From positions 34,472,001 to 34,536,000 of the forward strand of contig CATNEN010000038.1 of NCBI GenBank assembly GCA_950097015.1: a DNA stretch of 64,000 bases, given 5' to 3'. Shown here piece after piece: positions 22,799 through 36,277 of the stretch (position 1 is its first letter; every line of letters starts with the position of its first letter). A program made the position numbers and the translations under genes. Under the pieces are notes generated by a model. It ran no database searches. It was given only the letters and a program-made list of their open reading frames with translations, and was not told the DNA's origin. This DNA comes from Macrostomum hystrix (taxonomy: Eukaryota > Animalia > Platyhelminthes).

Positions 22799-25231
22799 CT
22801 AGCTTTTTTTGCCCGTTGTTTTTGGGGCAGAAATTTAAAGCAAAGCAGTAAGCAATTCACGTCTCTGTATTAACTTTATAGTGAAGGTCACCATTTATTT
22901 ATTTACTGCATTAATGAAAAGTGAAGAGTTTGTTTAAGGGCGTACTGGCTCTGACAGCCAGTCAACGTCAGCATATCGAACCATCAGGTTCGGGTAAACT
23001 TTTGCCTTGAGCTCCTGCACTGACTGCACAATGGTTCCGATTGTAGCGATCGATGACTGCCCATTCTCTGTGCTAATCTCCAGCAGACCATTGCCGATTC
23101 GCAATAGATTGGCAGAGAACTCATGAGCTGTTTCGTCTCCTTGAATTGTAGCTCTCATGTTTGTTCGTAGGTGCAACTTCACAACCGATGGCCACAGGTG
23201 AGATGATTTTAGGAAAGCATTAATCTCATCAGCAGGAGTGCCACGCGGAATCACAGGCAGCGTCTGTCTAAAGTCTCCAGACAGCAGCAGAGTGACACCA
23301 CCCATCAGTTGATTGCTATTGCGCAGGTCTTTCAAAGTTAAGTTGAGTGCTTCAAATGCCAGTTTGTGGGACATGGTACACTCATCCCAGACGATAAGCT
23401 TGCAAGCCTGAAGCACTCTGGCAGTGCCTGTGTTTTTCTTGATGTTGCACAGCGGATTCTCCGCTCAAGAGAGATCAAGCGGCAACTTCAGTGCTGAGTG
23501 GGCAGTGCGACCGCCTGGCAGCAAGGTGGCTGTAATTCCAGAGGAAGCTACAGCAATGGCAACGTCGCCTCGTTGCCTGACCTTTGCCAGAAGGAGGTTG
23601 ATTAGAAATTTTTTTCCTGTGCCACCTGGAGCATCAAGAAAAACCATGCCACCAACGTTGTTGTTGACTCTGCGCAATAGCTCGCGGTACGCCTCTAGCT
23701 GCTCAGGCATGAGTCGGGGCTCATTCTCCACTATGAACTGTCCCAGCTGCTCCTGGTCATCCAGCTCTTCCAGCAGTCCCAGTCGCTGACATGCTTCATG
23801 AAAAGTTTGGCAGGTATGGCCTTCCACCGTTCTAATGTGTCTAAATGACGTCGGACCAATCACGGTGTGTAGCAGGTAGTAGCATTCACTGTGGTTTGGG
23901 TGCACCGTGTACTCTGGCTAATGCATCAGTCTGTCGTATTTCAGGATGGCCTGGAACTGCAGCGCCTTGAACCCGCCGCTTCCATCCTTTCGAAGAGGCG
24001 TTCCATGTGTAATAGGCAGGCACCTGGTGGTACAGCAAAGTCCTGGCAAAGGGGTCTTCAGCGCACAACTTGAAGAAAGCAGTAAGAGTAGTGTCCTGTG
24101 GCCTTTGAGCACGCTGCTGGATGTTCTCCTCCGTAAAGTATACTCTCTGACCGTTTTCCAGGTGCACACTGAGGTGCATGACAGTTGGGTGGCGTTCATG
24201 AATAGAGAATCCGAAGATTCGCCACATTGCCTCGTTAGAGCTGATACCTTCCGCTCTTGAAGCGATTGACTTCGTCAAATTCGTTTACTATGCCTCCAGG
24301 TCCCTCAATGTTGAACACTGCTTGGTCGCTACCCTTGTTCACGTACTTGCAAATGTACTTGATTGATTTAACAGAGTTGCAGTACTCAACGTTGATGTGT
24401 GGATTGAACACCTTGGACAGTAGCGGGCAGTAGGGAACGACCCATCTGTTGTCCAGATCGATCTCTTCATTCCCATGGCTGCATAGAATAATGCGAGTGG
24501 TAAAGCCGCCATCCTCACGTGATCTCCGTCGATACAGCGGATAACCGTCTTGTATTTTAGCAAAGCACTGTACGCCAGCCTCTCTCTTTCTTCTATCCCA
24601 GGCTGGCTGGAGAGAAATATTGACCGGAGAGCCCTGCGCACTGGGACGCCACCGCACTCACCGCACTCAGTCTCAGTGCTGCTTGGGGGCCAGTAGACAG
24701 TCTAGGGGTTTGGGCTGTGTACATTCACGGCTTGAAATGCAATGTACAGTCTGGGGCTTCGGCGCCCGGGGAAGGGAGGGGGTGGCTGTATTAAAATTTG
24801 GCCCGCAGAGTGGCGGAGGGGAGTTGGGGTGGCTGTCCTCGGAAAACAAAAAGTGACTCACTTTGAGATGATGCAGCTTTGCTCTGGATTGAGTAGAGAT
24901 GTTCAAAATTGACAGCATTGTTGGAAAACATGTAAAGTGTAAGTGGATCAAATTTGGAGAAAATCTGACAAAGTGGGGCGACGATATGTCGAATTGAGTG
25001 ATTTTTTGACGATTTTTGAGCAGTTTTTTGCACTTTTGAGCAGGAAGGAAATGATTTTTCGGGAATTTGAGTAGCCTATTGCACTCAGCGTAGGTGGTTT
25101 TAGGTATGTGCAAAGTTTGGTGCGATTTGGTTGAGCGGTTTCGGCGTCTATAAAGACAAAAGGTTGCACACACACACACACACACACACAGACAGACAGA
25201 CAGACAGAGTTTTCACTTTTATATATATAGA
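22799..25231 (-). mobile_element. Internally deleted Helitron with frameshifted Rep/Pif1 helicase fragments
   Basis: 5' end A|TCTATATATATAAAAG followed by (GTCT)n(GT)n; 3' hairpin GCCCCAAAAACAACGGGC then CTAG|T. Motifs KSIKYICKYVNKGSD, SSNEAMWRIF, LDAPGGTGK, LLPGGRTAHS, IVWDECTM, GDFRQTLPV are split over ORFs at 22934-24657. Confidence 0.92.
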
Positions 25232-25765
25232 TAGTTGAATATCTATGCATGTTTATGCGTATAGTCAATCCTATTTTCAAAACCATTCTGGACAATATAT
25301 GGCACTACAATTAAAATCCACATGTAGGTAGCAGAAGGAAATTAATAAAGTTAACGCAATATTTTAGCACAATTTACAAGTGAATACGCATTTTAATTAA
25401 GTGCACTTCTTTTATAGTAGAAAAAATACGCAAAGAATAGAAAAAGCTACGAGCTAAAGTCTGCACATATTGAATCTTAATGGAAGCTGTGAGCCACATG
25501 GGTACATAGTGATGATGCAAGTGGAGATATCATTTTAAGCAATAATGAATTGAAGATTTGGTTATTAAAATCACTTAAACAAATGTCTTTTCTTGCACTT
25601 TATTTTTCGTCTCAGAAATTATAGAGCTCAAGTTGGTACTGAAATAAATAAAGCTTGTCGATATGTACCGTTAAAAATGCTAAGCGACAATGTGTGCTGT
25701 ACACCATATTGCCGTTAAGAACTGCTACGCATTGCACATGATAGCGCATGTTGGTTAATTACTAT

Positions 25766-26771
25766 CTACTGCTGCTGGTGCTTCTTCATGTGCAGGGCCA
25801 GGTGGTCGGAGCGGGAGAATGCCCGGCCGCAGAGGCTGCAGGGGAAGGGTCGGTCTCCGGTGTGCTTCCTGTAGTGCCTCGTCAGTTCGTCTGACCTGGC
25901 GAACCGCCAGCAGCAGCCTGGCCAGCTGCATTGGTAAGGCTTCTCACCTGTGTGAGTGCGCAGGTGAGCCTTCAGGTGCGAGCTCTTGCTGTAGGCCTTG
26001 GCGCAGCTTTGCTCCGGGCAGATGTGCAACTGTGGCTGCTGATGCAAATGCTCCGGCTTCTGACTGCGCTTGCCAGCCGTAGCTGACGCGGACTTCGGCT
26101 GTCTGGGCCTTCGGCACTGCTGCTGCGGCTTTCTCTGTTGCTGCTGCAGCAGCTCAGTCTGCTGCTGGCTGCTCGGAGCGAACAGTGACACTGTAGCTGC
26201 TGCCGTCACTGAAGTCCGACCGTTGATTAGACTGCAACCTCGGAACTGCGAACTGTGAACTGGGAGCTCGGCTCCCAAAACTGCAGTTGCTGATGCCTTG
26301 AACTTCATGGAGTGGTCGATTATGAAGTCCAGATCCAACAGGCTGAAGTCGTAATCAACAGCCGTGTGCCGCCTTTCAACACACTCATCATCGTCTTCCA
26401 CTTTGTATGTCGAAAGCCAATCAGCTGCGGTTTCTCGCTGACGCTGGTGACTGAAACTGTACGACAGCTGACTGTCATTCCCATGGACTGAACCTGCTGA
26501 CTCGGGACTGTGTCGGGAACTGCCACCACTGAAGCAACTATCCAGAGAGGACAACGGAGACGTCGGTAGCTGCAAATTATACAATTCATTATTAAATTCG
26601 TAGATAATTGAAAACAGAATTGCTTCTTTGAACAAGAACAGCTTAGATACTCACCGGCATTGCTGTAGACTGATTGTCGAAGTCAAACATATCGGCGAAG
26701 CCGTCAAAGTCGCTAACAGTGGCATTGCCGCCAATTGTTCCATCCATGTCTTCGCACGCATCTAGCAACAT
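25766..26771 (-). CDS. klf: Kruppel-like factor, KLF1/2/4 subgroup; exons 26771-26655 and 26569-25766 (306 aa)
   Basis: Three C-terminal C2H2 fingers ([20 protein letters not shown]...[19 protein letters not shown]...[13 protein letters not shown]); LLDLDFI motif of KLF2/4; 85-bp phase-0 intron GTGAGT...TTTGCAG. Confidence 0.93.
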
Positions 26772-26894
26772 CTTGCAAAATATATAAATACTCTTTTAGA
26801 AGACTGAGTTGATTGCCGAAAGTTGAGAACAGAACTTGCTGCTTAATAGTACTCTTTTAGAAACGTGGTTCTGGAGTGGAACGCGCGGAGTCGC

Positions 26895-26994
26895 TTATTT
26901 TATGCACTGCTCGCGAGACACTCTCATTGGCTAATGCCGATTGGCAATGCCTAATATGGCGGCTATTATGGCTGACAAACTGAGCTATTTTTAG
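26895..26994 (-). promoter_or_regulatory. Putative KLF proximal promoter: two CCAAT boxes, CArG box, MEF2 site
   Basis: ATTGG at ~26926 and ~26940; CCTAATATGG at 26950-26959 (CC[A/T]6GG); CTATTTTTAG at 26985-26994 (YTAWWWWTAR); TATA-like CATAAAA on the minus strand near 26900. Confidence 0.5.
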
Positions 26995-28320
26995 CATCAA
27001 GTATATAAGCAACTGCTCCGGCGGTGCGGGGCGAGGTAAGGAGAGAGAATACGCGAGAGACCCGGTGTGGAGAAGACGGGGGGAGGCAGAATCGCTAGGC
27101 TGCAAAATGAATGCAGTGTGAGAGCTTGTGTAAATGCCAACAACAGCAGGAGAGCAATTGGATATCGCTGCGTTTACACAAGCTAAACTACACAGTCATG
27201 CTATAGTGCTAATGCAAACTTATATTAATTGCAACTTTATATAGGAAATAAAAGGACAAAATTACTAGCATTGCATTTATGGTTGGGGGCAATGAAAATT
27301 TGTCGCAGTGCAGCGTGCTTCAAATTCTGATCAAATGTTGTACGCGAATGTGAGAACAAAGATAGTTTTACTTTTTTTAAGTGGACGATATTTACGTATG
27401 TATTTTCCACCTGTACGACTCTACGAGTATGTCACATTCAAGCCACATTCAGCTAGTTGATAAAACACTTTGACCAATGAAAATGACATTAAAATTTTAA
27501 TAAACAAGGCCATAAATTTGGCTATAAGTAACACACAAAACAAACCCAATTATGGAGCCTGCTCGGCTTGTCTTGACCCAAAAATTGCAAGTTAAAAGAC
27601 AGTCTCAATCGACTCAAATTCTACTTATAAGGGCCTGATTTCTTTCCTAAAATAAAAGTGCTAGTTTCGAGATTTTGTTTGGTAAATTTACATGGCAACG
27701 AGCAGGGTTAAACAAATTCTTTACACACAAGAAGATAATGCAGTGATTTTTTTATCACAGCATTTTACAAGCCAGCCTTTCAAGATTACATTCCTGTCCC
27801 ACAGCACCATAAAGTTGGCACAACAAACAGCAGACGCTGGAGTCGAAAGTTTGTACGATTGCGAACTGCGCATTTGCAGAGCTGCATGGTGTCTGCATTC
27901 CAAGCAAAACATGCAGCAAATGGTTTGGTAAGGCAGCCTAGCTATAGCCTGAGACACAGTCGTGAGAACACATTGATTTCACGTGCACAGCGACACTTAA
28001 TTCTCTTGTGTATCGTGGGGTGGGGGTATAAAAAACGACTGCAAAATTTTGTTTCTAAATTTAGATACAACCAACGCATTGCGGGTCAGGTCGGGCTATT
28101 TTCTGTCGTTGATCATCAACAGTCCTCTCATAGTCTGCATGCTTTTCTCATCGATTGCTACTGAAAGTAGGCACCAGTGAATATACTTTTAATGAAAATA
28201 AATGTATTACGGCCAGAAGCACGCCGTTTAAGGGACGCTCGAGTTCGTCAAGCATCGAGTAATCTATTGTTGCAAAAACCTAATACACCAAGTCCCGCGA
28301 ACCCCAATCGGCCAAATGCC

Positions 28321-28671
28321 AATAATAATAATATAATGATAGCGGGATGGCTGCGAGCAATGGCCCATAATTTGGTGACACAAGACCTGAAGCCTGCGAT
28401 CGAGGAGGCAATTCTGCCCATTTCGCTGACTCCTGAGCACACACGCACACAGATAACGTACGCAGGCACCCACTTACACTTTCTTATCGTCAGGCAGTGT
28501 AAACTTTCACTGTGACTTGGAGGTTGGCCCTATAAGGTGTAAATTGCACGACAAGCCCCCAAGCCTTCTCTCCGCGGCTGCGCCCCAAATGAATGTGGCC
28601 TCGCCGCGGACTCGAGCTCAGGGACCTTTGTGCGAGAGTCGAACGCGTTAAACCGCTCTATCTCTCACCCA
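28321..28671 (-). mobile_element. tRNA-derived SINE (family A)
   Basis: Full head-to-tail similarity to the copies at 35891 and 59579. Confidence 0.88.
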
Positions 28672-28674
28672 CTG

Positions 28675-29558
28675 ACCGAATCCCATTTCACCGAATCCCA
28701 TTTCACCGAATCCCATTTCACCGAATCCCATTTCACCGAATCCCATTTCACCGAATCCCATTTCACCGAATCCCATTTCACCGAATCCCATTTCACCGAA
28801 TCCCAATTCACCAAATCCCAATTGACCGAATCTTGATTCACCAAATCCCAATTCACCGAATCCCATTTCACCGAATCCCATTTCACCGAATCCCAATCCA
28901 CCGAATCCCATTCCACCGAATCCCATTTCACCGAATCCCAATTCACCAAATCCCATTTCACCAAACCCCCTTTCACCAAATCCCCATTCACCAAAACTTA
29001 ATTCACCAAATCCCAATTGACCGAATCTTGATTCACCAAATCCCAATTCACCGAATCCCATTTCACCGAATCCCATTTCACCGAATCCCAATTCACCGAA
29101 TCCCATTTCACCGAATCCCATTTCACCGAATCCCAATTCACCAAAACTTAATTCACCAAATCCCAATTGACCGAATCTTGATTCACCAAATCCCAATTCA
29201 CCGAATCCCATTTCACCGAATCCCATTTCACCGAATCCCAATTCACCGAATCCCATTTCACCGAATCCCATTTCACCGAATCCCAATTCACCAAATCCCA
29301 TTTCACCAAACCCCCTTTCACCAAATCCCCATTCACCAAAACTTAATTCACCAAATCCCAATTGACCGAATCTTGATTCACCGAATCCCAATTCACCAAA
29401 TCCCAATTCACCAAATCCCAATTCACCAAATCCCAATTCACCAAATCCCAATTCACCAAATCCCAATTCACCAAATCCCAATTCACCAAATCCCAATTCA
29501 CCAAATCCCAATTCACCAAATCCCAATTCACCAAATCCCAATTCACCAAATCCCAATT
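28675..29558. repeat. 15-bp minisatellite (ACCGAATCCCATTTC / ACCAAATCCCAATTC)
   Basis: About 59 units with higher-order blocks; abuts the SINE head. Confidence 0.97.
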
Positions 29559-30777
29559 AAAAAAACAATGACCGTTTAGTCCATGGACAATATATGGGAC
29601 GCCACACACACCCTCAATTACACCAGCTAACAGCTGGGTGACCTGAAACAGAGCATGCGACAGATATAATAAGATCACTCTCAATTAAAAATCTAGGTGC
29701 AAACTGCAGATGTCTCACTTGGCTTTTTAATTATTAAACAGAATTTTTTTTTACATTTTACTGAATCGTTCGATATCAGAAATCAATTAAAAATAACAGC
29801 ATTTCTCTGACACACAGGCAAACATCAGTAAGCGTACGAGTACATTAATTGATCGTGGCTTAACAAATATATCGCCAAATGTTTAATCAATTATGTCACT
29901 TCATATACTGTAATATTACCGCAACAGCAAGTTCGGGAGACAAAAGACTGAAGAAAACTATAGTCTTTGAACAGTAATCGCAAAATATGGACAACACTTT
30001 TTTCTATTTACTGTTTGTTCAGCAAAACAATTATTTTATATGAATAGCAGACAAGATTTTACGAAATAGAAAAATACGAGTATAACAACAGTTTTTAGAG
30101 GCAAAATTTGGACTCCAGGACAAAACATATCTCACAGTGAAAGAAAATTATGAGACTCTATTAGCTTGAAAAATGTCATCTGTGCAAGAATTTTCTGTTC
30201 AGATAAAGTCGATCAAATATTTCCAGAAGCTATAGGCCCAGTTGTTAAAATCGTCGAGTTTTAATGTGATATCCATCAATTATTTTTTACAGAAACACAA
30301 TACACCGATTTTTGTCAGTTTTTCTGCATTAACACATTTCATGAAAAGCTTAACACACTACTACGAGTGGCGCCGACGAGTTGGGTTGGAATATTTTCTT
30401 TGTCTTATCGGTTGCTCGAAAATAGTCGGCTTTGTGAGAAGATCCATTGTCAACGAGCCAACAGCCCCATCAAATGTAGAGCAGATGAAGGAAAATATCT
30501 TTGTCGGATATTTTTTGATTTTTTTTTTTCGATTGAACTCTTATCAATCGTAGGAATGTTTAGCGAAAAATTCCATTTTTGCTTTTTTCGTAAACTTGCC
30601 ACTGGTTCTTTGCTTCGTATTGCCGTCATGGAGTTCATCCAAGCTGCTTGGGCAATCGCAAAGGATTTGCCGTGAACCAAATAGAAGGTCACGGAATTCA
30701 AACAAATTAATGTAGAAGAAAGTCGTGCTTGAGGCCTGTTCCTGGTAATTCGCTGTTGAGTACGGCAGGTTCAGTTC

Positions 30778-32036
30778 TCAAGACTCCAACAGGTTGATGA
30801 GCGGCAGCTGGGAGAAGTCGTTGCCTGGGTGTCGCTGATGGAAGCGCAGTAATTCGCGATCGCAGACGAGGCGTTCGCCACTGACGGCAGCCTTGATGGC
30901 CAGGCACTCGTAGGACAGGTCCGGCAATGGGCTTTCGGCGTCCGTGGACATCTCCACGATCTTTCGCACTAGTTGGTCGTGGTCAACCTGTGTTAGGAGG
31001 TGCGGGTTAAAACTGCATGCTATGAAATCTTTGACTATGAACTGCGTAGGCGTTAACCGTATCCACTCTCCACTTTGAATAGTATCAATCGAATGCACCA
31101 CTAAGCTTTGAAATGGAACGAAAATGAAGAAATTTTTCTCGATTATAACCTAATTATAAGCCATAAACGAAACGGAAGTTACTGGATAGCATCAGAGATC
31201 CATATCAGGCCATTGTGATACAGCCAGTCAGCCTATACTGCAGGTCCGGAAAATGTGGGTTCGGTAAGTACAGCTGCATTTCCAGTTACATACCTAATCA
31301 TATCTCATATCCGTATTCTCTCTATTTATGCATATAGTACATAGCCCAGCTATGAGTTACTGCTCACCTTGATCATACGGACTCCGCTATCGTTGCAGGC
31401 GGACATCACCAGGGCGAAGAAGGCCCTGTGCAGCGGGTTGTTCCACAGGTTCTCTGGCAGTATGCAAAACAGCAGCGATTGTGGACTGGAAAGTTTATAA
31501 GAAGACAACGAGAGAGTTAGTAATAAAAATAATAATAGCAGGAGGGCTGCGGGCAATGGCACATCATTTGGTGACACTAGACCCGCAGCCAGCGAGGAGG
31601 CAGTTCGGCCCATTTCGCTGACTCCTGAACACACACGCACACAGATGCCGTTCGCAGGCACCCACTCACACGGGTGAGGCAGTGTACATCTCATTGTGCC
31701 TTCGAGGTTAGCCCTCAAGGTCGTAAATTGCATGACAAGCCCCCAAGCCTTCTCTCCGCGGCTGCGCCCCAACTAAATGTGGCGTCGCCGTGAAATCGAG
31801 CTCAGGGACATTGGCGCGAGAGGCAAACCCGGTCCGCCACTCAACCCCGCCAGTTAGTTATTCAATCAAACAACAGGTAGATCGTGGACTCACTCATTCT
31901 GAACTGCTTCCAGCACGCGTTTAAAGCCGCCAAGCAAGCGGCCGTCAGCGTTAGCATTGGCCAGGCTCTGCTGCATGAACGTGTTGATGTCAGCTGCGTG
32001 GGCGACACCGTCGCTCACCATCGAACTATAAGGCAT
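30778..32036 (-). CDS. gadd45: GADD45-family (L7Ae-fold) protein; exons 32036-31894, 31485-31368, 30987-30778 (156 aa)
   Basis: Phase-consistent GT-AG introns (2,0) give ...GRLLGGFKRVLEAVQNDPQSLLFCILPEN...HRAFFALVMSACNDSGVRMIKVD...ECLAI...LPLINLLES, collinear with the GADD45 pattern (DPDNVVLCLL, HFTLIQAFCCENDINILRV, VPVINLPE). Start codon tentative; an upstream donor at ~32119 may end a UTR exon. Confidence 0.78.
31521..31848 (-). mobile_element. tRNA-derived SINE (family A) in GADD45 intron
   Basis: Same head, body and tail; makes up most of the 408-bp intron. Confidence 0.88.
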
Positions 32037-33181
32037 GCGCGAGCAATCCTAATAACTTGTTGCTGTTAAAGAAGCCAAAAACTGCACTGCCTTCTTCTAA
32101 TTAGGCTAGTTTCACTTACCCAGATCTATCTGGCCACAGGTAAATCATGTTTGCGGTGCTGTTTGTGTCCGTGTCTGCACCGCTGGCGGTCTCGCCCATA
32201 AGATTTAATCTGGAGAATGAGATGCAGCTAATAAGCTTGCTCAGACTCATGCAAGTTTAGTAGGATTTGCGATGGACGATTTTTCTTCAAAATTCTCTTT
32301 CTTGAATCAATATCTCAGGCCGAATATATAGTCGAAACAAGTGCTATCTTATTTGTCTCCGAGTGCTAAAATGAATTGGCCGAGCTTCTCAAGCTTCTAT
32401 TTAGCGGCTAGCTTTGCGGCCGAGCCATGGCAACTACACCGGCTATTGTACAGTGCGTACACCGCCAAGGGAGCGAGTGTGCACTAGAGATGAGAGATTT
32501 AGTTTGAATAGGGGTAGAAAATGGAACGTCTCTTACTGGATGGCCTCAGTGTACAGTCCCTTCTGCTGACGTTTGTTCTACGTGGCATATCTAGCAGGAT
32601 AGAGCAGCAACCACAGCGTACGCAGGGACACGCGTGCTTCCTGCCACGCTGTAAAGTTTTGAGGTGGGACCCGAGGTTAACTTGGATTGTACCTGCCTTA
32701 TTTGGAAACGGCTTGCTGCCAAAACGCACAAGCAATACGTTCATTGGTTGTTAATTAGTTATCAAATTATCAAACTGAAACTTAATGGATGAAAACACAG
32801 ATAGCTGCACAGGTATTCAGTGTTCCGGAGGCCTAGATGGGTGTGCATTTGTTGCACCACCGTTCTAAAAAATGACTCAACCATATACCCTCGCGGAGGA
32901 CAACCCCACACAGAGCAGAGCAGAGCCCACCCCATTTCAAAGCGATGAGTCAGCACTGTCCCGTACTTTGCCTCTGTAATAGTACTCAGTTAGCTAGTAT
33001 ATTACGCTATGCGGATCTAACAAATAATATAACATTTGATAGTCTATTACCATCAATCAACAATGACTTACTTAAAAATATACAGGCCAGTTTGTGCACA
33101 GCAACACTAAAAACCGCGATGACTATTTGATCGACATCACTATTGATTGATTATCACCTGACTTGGCTCAGCGTTGGCCTC

Positions 33182-34022
33182 ATAAAGTCACGAGATCATG
33201 AGCTTATGAGGTCATAAAAGTCATGAGGTCATAAATTAGAGTTGATACTAATCATGAGGTCATTCATATCTTGGGGTCATTCATATCTTGGGGTCATTCA
33301 TATATCGAGGTCATTCATATCTTGGGGTCATTCATATCTTGGGGTCATTCATATCTTGGGGTCATTCATATCTTGGGGTCATTCATATCTTGGGGTCATT
33401 CATATATCGAGGTCATTCAAATCATGAGGTCATAAAAGTCATGAGGTCATAAAAGTCATGAGTTCATAAAAGTCATGAGGTCATAAAAGTCATGAGTTCA
33501 TAAAAGTCATAAGGTCATAAAAGTCATGAGTTCATAAAAGTCATAAGGTCATAAAAGTCATGAGGTCATAAAATTCATGAGTTCATAAAAGTCATAAGGT
33601 CATAAAAGTCATGAGGTCATAAAAGTCATGAGTTCATAAAGTCATGAGGTCATAAAAGTCATGAGTTCATAAAAGTCATGAGTTAATAAAAGTCATGAGG
33701 TCATAAAAGTCATGAGGTCATAAAAGTCATGAGTTCATAAAGTCATGAGGTCATAAAAGTCATGAGGTCATAAAAGTCATGAGTTCATAAAAGTCATGAG
33801 GTCATAAAAGTCATGAGTTCATAAAAGTCATAAGGTCATAAAAGTCATGACGTCATAAAAGTCATGAGGTCATAAAAGTCATGAGTTCATAAAAGTCATA
33901 AGGTCATAAAAGTCATGAGGTCATAAAAGTCATGAGGTCATTCAAATCATGAGGTCATAAAAGTCATGAGGTCATAAAATTCATGAGTTCATAAAAGTCA
34001 TAAGGTCATAAAAGTCATGAGG
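33182..34022. repeat. 17-bp minisatellite with two unit types (TCATTCATATCTTGGGG then TCATGAGGTCATAAAAG)
   Basis: Tandem units. Confidence 0.95.
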
Positions 34023-34629
34023 TCGTGAAATAATAGCTCATGTCGCGGCTCGCCATTGCTGACTCACCGTGGTATGGTAAACCATTGTGAGTAAAGTACT
34101 GCAAGCTAGTCTTCTGATAGCAATGTGAAACAAGCGCATGCTATTATTGAAAAATAACATCTATTTTTCATAATCTAGTGCCACTATTGTTTTTAGCAGG
34201 CTGTCAACTGTTCTATTTACGTTTCTTATTTTCGTTTGGCATCAGTTTTTTGTGTATTAATTATTCCTTGCAGCTGAATTTGACTGAGCACACTGGGGCA
34301 GCTGCACATGGCGCGTGTTCAAAGCCATTGTTATTGAGCTCTGTTTGTGAAAGTCTTAGTAAAATGTGAGTGAGCTCAGATTTCTCGCTGTTAAGTTTTG
34401 TATCAATAAGTACTTGATACAAAAAAGCATATCAGAAACTAGAAAATGTAGTTGAAGTAATTTTGGAGGGCATTAATTATGAAAGTATTGTTCAGGTAGC
34501 AGAGCAGATCACGTTACACGCCTTGATACCTTATGGCAAACTGCCAAATGCCACCCGCAATATTCCTGTACGATCTATTGAAGATCAAGATTCAGCAAAG
34601 GATATATTTCCGGCCACCTTCCAATCGCA

Positions 34630-35480
34630 CCCTGTCTCATCCCTTCTGTGTCTCATCGCTATCGTGTCTCATCTCTAGCGTGTCTCATCTCTTTCGTGTC
34701 TCATCTCTAGCGTGTCTCATCTCTAGCGTGTCTCATCTCTACCATGTCTCATTTCTTCAGTGTCTCATCTCTAGCGTGTCTCATCTCTAGCGTGTCTCAT
34801 CTCTAGCGTGTCTCATCTCTTTCGTGTCTCATCTCTATCGTGTCTCATCTCTTTCGTGTCTCATCTCTATCGTGTCTCATCTCTAGCGTGTCTCATCTCT
34901 TTCGTGTCTCATCTCTAGCGTGTCTCATCTCTTTCGTGTCTCATCTCTATCGTGTCTCATCTCTATCGTGTCTCATCTCTAGCGTGTCTCATCTCTTTCG
35001 TGTCTCATCTCTAGCGTGTCTCATCTCTAGCGTGTCTCATCTCTAGCGTGTCTCATCTCTAGCGTGTCTCATCTCTAGCGTGTCTCATCTCTAGAGTGTC
35101 TCATCTCTAGCGTGTCTCATCTCTAGCGTGTCTCATCTCTAGCGTGTCTCATCTCTAGCGTGTCTCATCTCTAGCGTGTCTCATCTCTAGCGTGTCTCAT
35201 CTCTAGCGTGTCTCATCTCTAGCGTGTCTCATCTCTAGCGTGTCTCATCTCTTTCGTGTCTCATCTCTAGCGTGTCTCATCTCTAGCGTGTCTCATCTCT
35301 AGCGTGTCTCATCTCTATCGTGTCTCATCTCTACCATGTCTCATTTCTTCAGTGTCTCATCTCTATCGTGTCTTATCTCTATCGAGTCTCATCTCTTCTG
35401 TCTCTCATCTCTCCCCTGTGTCATCTCTATCGTGTCTCATCTCTACCGTATCTCATCTCTATCGTGTATTATCTCTCCTG
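34630..35480. repeat. 16-bp minisatellite (GTGTCTCATCTCTAGC)
   Basis: About 50 units. Confidence 0.96.
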
Positions 35481-35890
35481 GGTCTAATCTCTTCCGTGAG
35501 CCCACGCGGCAATAGAGTAGCCGAGACCTGCCACTAAAGCCAATAAGGACGCGGACGTTAGTTCTCGAACATCTCCATCCGCGTTCTCTGCTCCCTCCTG
35601 ATCTCCTTTCTTGTCCATTCTGGGGCCGCACGCCCAGGAAGAGGCCGGCTAAAGTAGCCAAATATTTGCATAACTGTTATCTGGCACTTGTTGTCAAGGA
35701 CTACAAAAATATTTTTCATCTTCAGGCCTTTCTTCCTTGTGTGTGTTGCGCATGTGTAACTTGAGAATAGGATAATGGAGATATCACCTAATCTTAAATT
35801 GGACAGAAATAGGAAAATAGAGAAGTTACACCTAGCTAGCTAAACCGGATGTACAGTCAAAGCTGCTACGCGGAGCTTCCCCAGCTGATG

Positions 35891-36277
35891 AGGGTGGCAG
35901 AGCGGTTAACGCGTTTGCCTCTCGCACCAAGGTTCCCGAGTTCGATTCCGCGTCGAGGACACATTTATTTGGGGCGCAGCCGCGGAGACAAAGTATAGGG
36001 TGCTTGTCGCACAATTTAAGCCTTTGAGGGCCAACCGCCAAGGCACAGTGAGAGTGTACACTGCCTGACGATGAGAAAGTCAGGGCAGATGTACATACCT
36101 GTGTAAGTGGGTGCCTGTGTACAGAATCTGTGTGCGTGTGTGCTCAAGAGTCAGCGAAATGGGCAGAATTGCCTCCTCGCTGGCTGCGGGTCTAGTGTCA
36201 CCAATTGATGTGTCGTTGCCCCCAGCCTTCCTGCAATAAAAATATTATTATTATTGTTATTATTATTATTATTATTA
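35891..36277 (+). mobile_element. tRNA-derived SINE (family A), near full length with TSD
   Basis: A box TGGCAGAGCGG, B box GAGTTCGATTCC, (TTA)n tail; flanked by CCCCAGCTGATG and CCCTAGCTGATG. Confidence 0.9.

Noticed and set aside
35885-35900. Hammerhead ribozyme core CTGATGA
   Set aside because: It is part of the SINE target-site duplication; no flanking stems or paired GAAA found.
35891-35965. tRNA genes at SINE heads (also 5663, 43280, 56808, ~58480)
   Set aside because: A/B boxes present but no complete cloverleaf; most continue into a SINE body.
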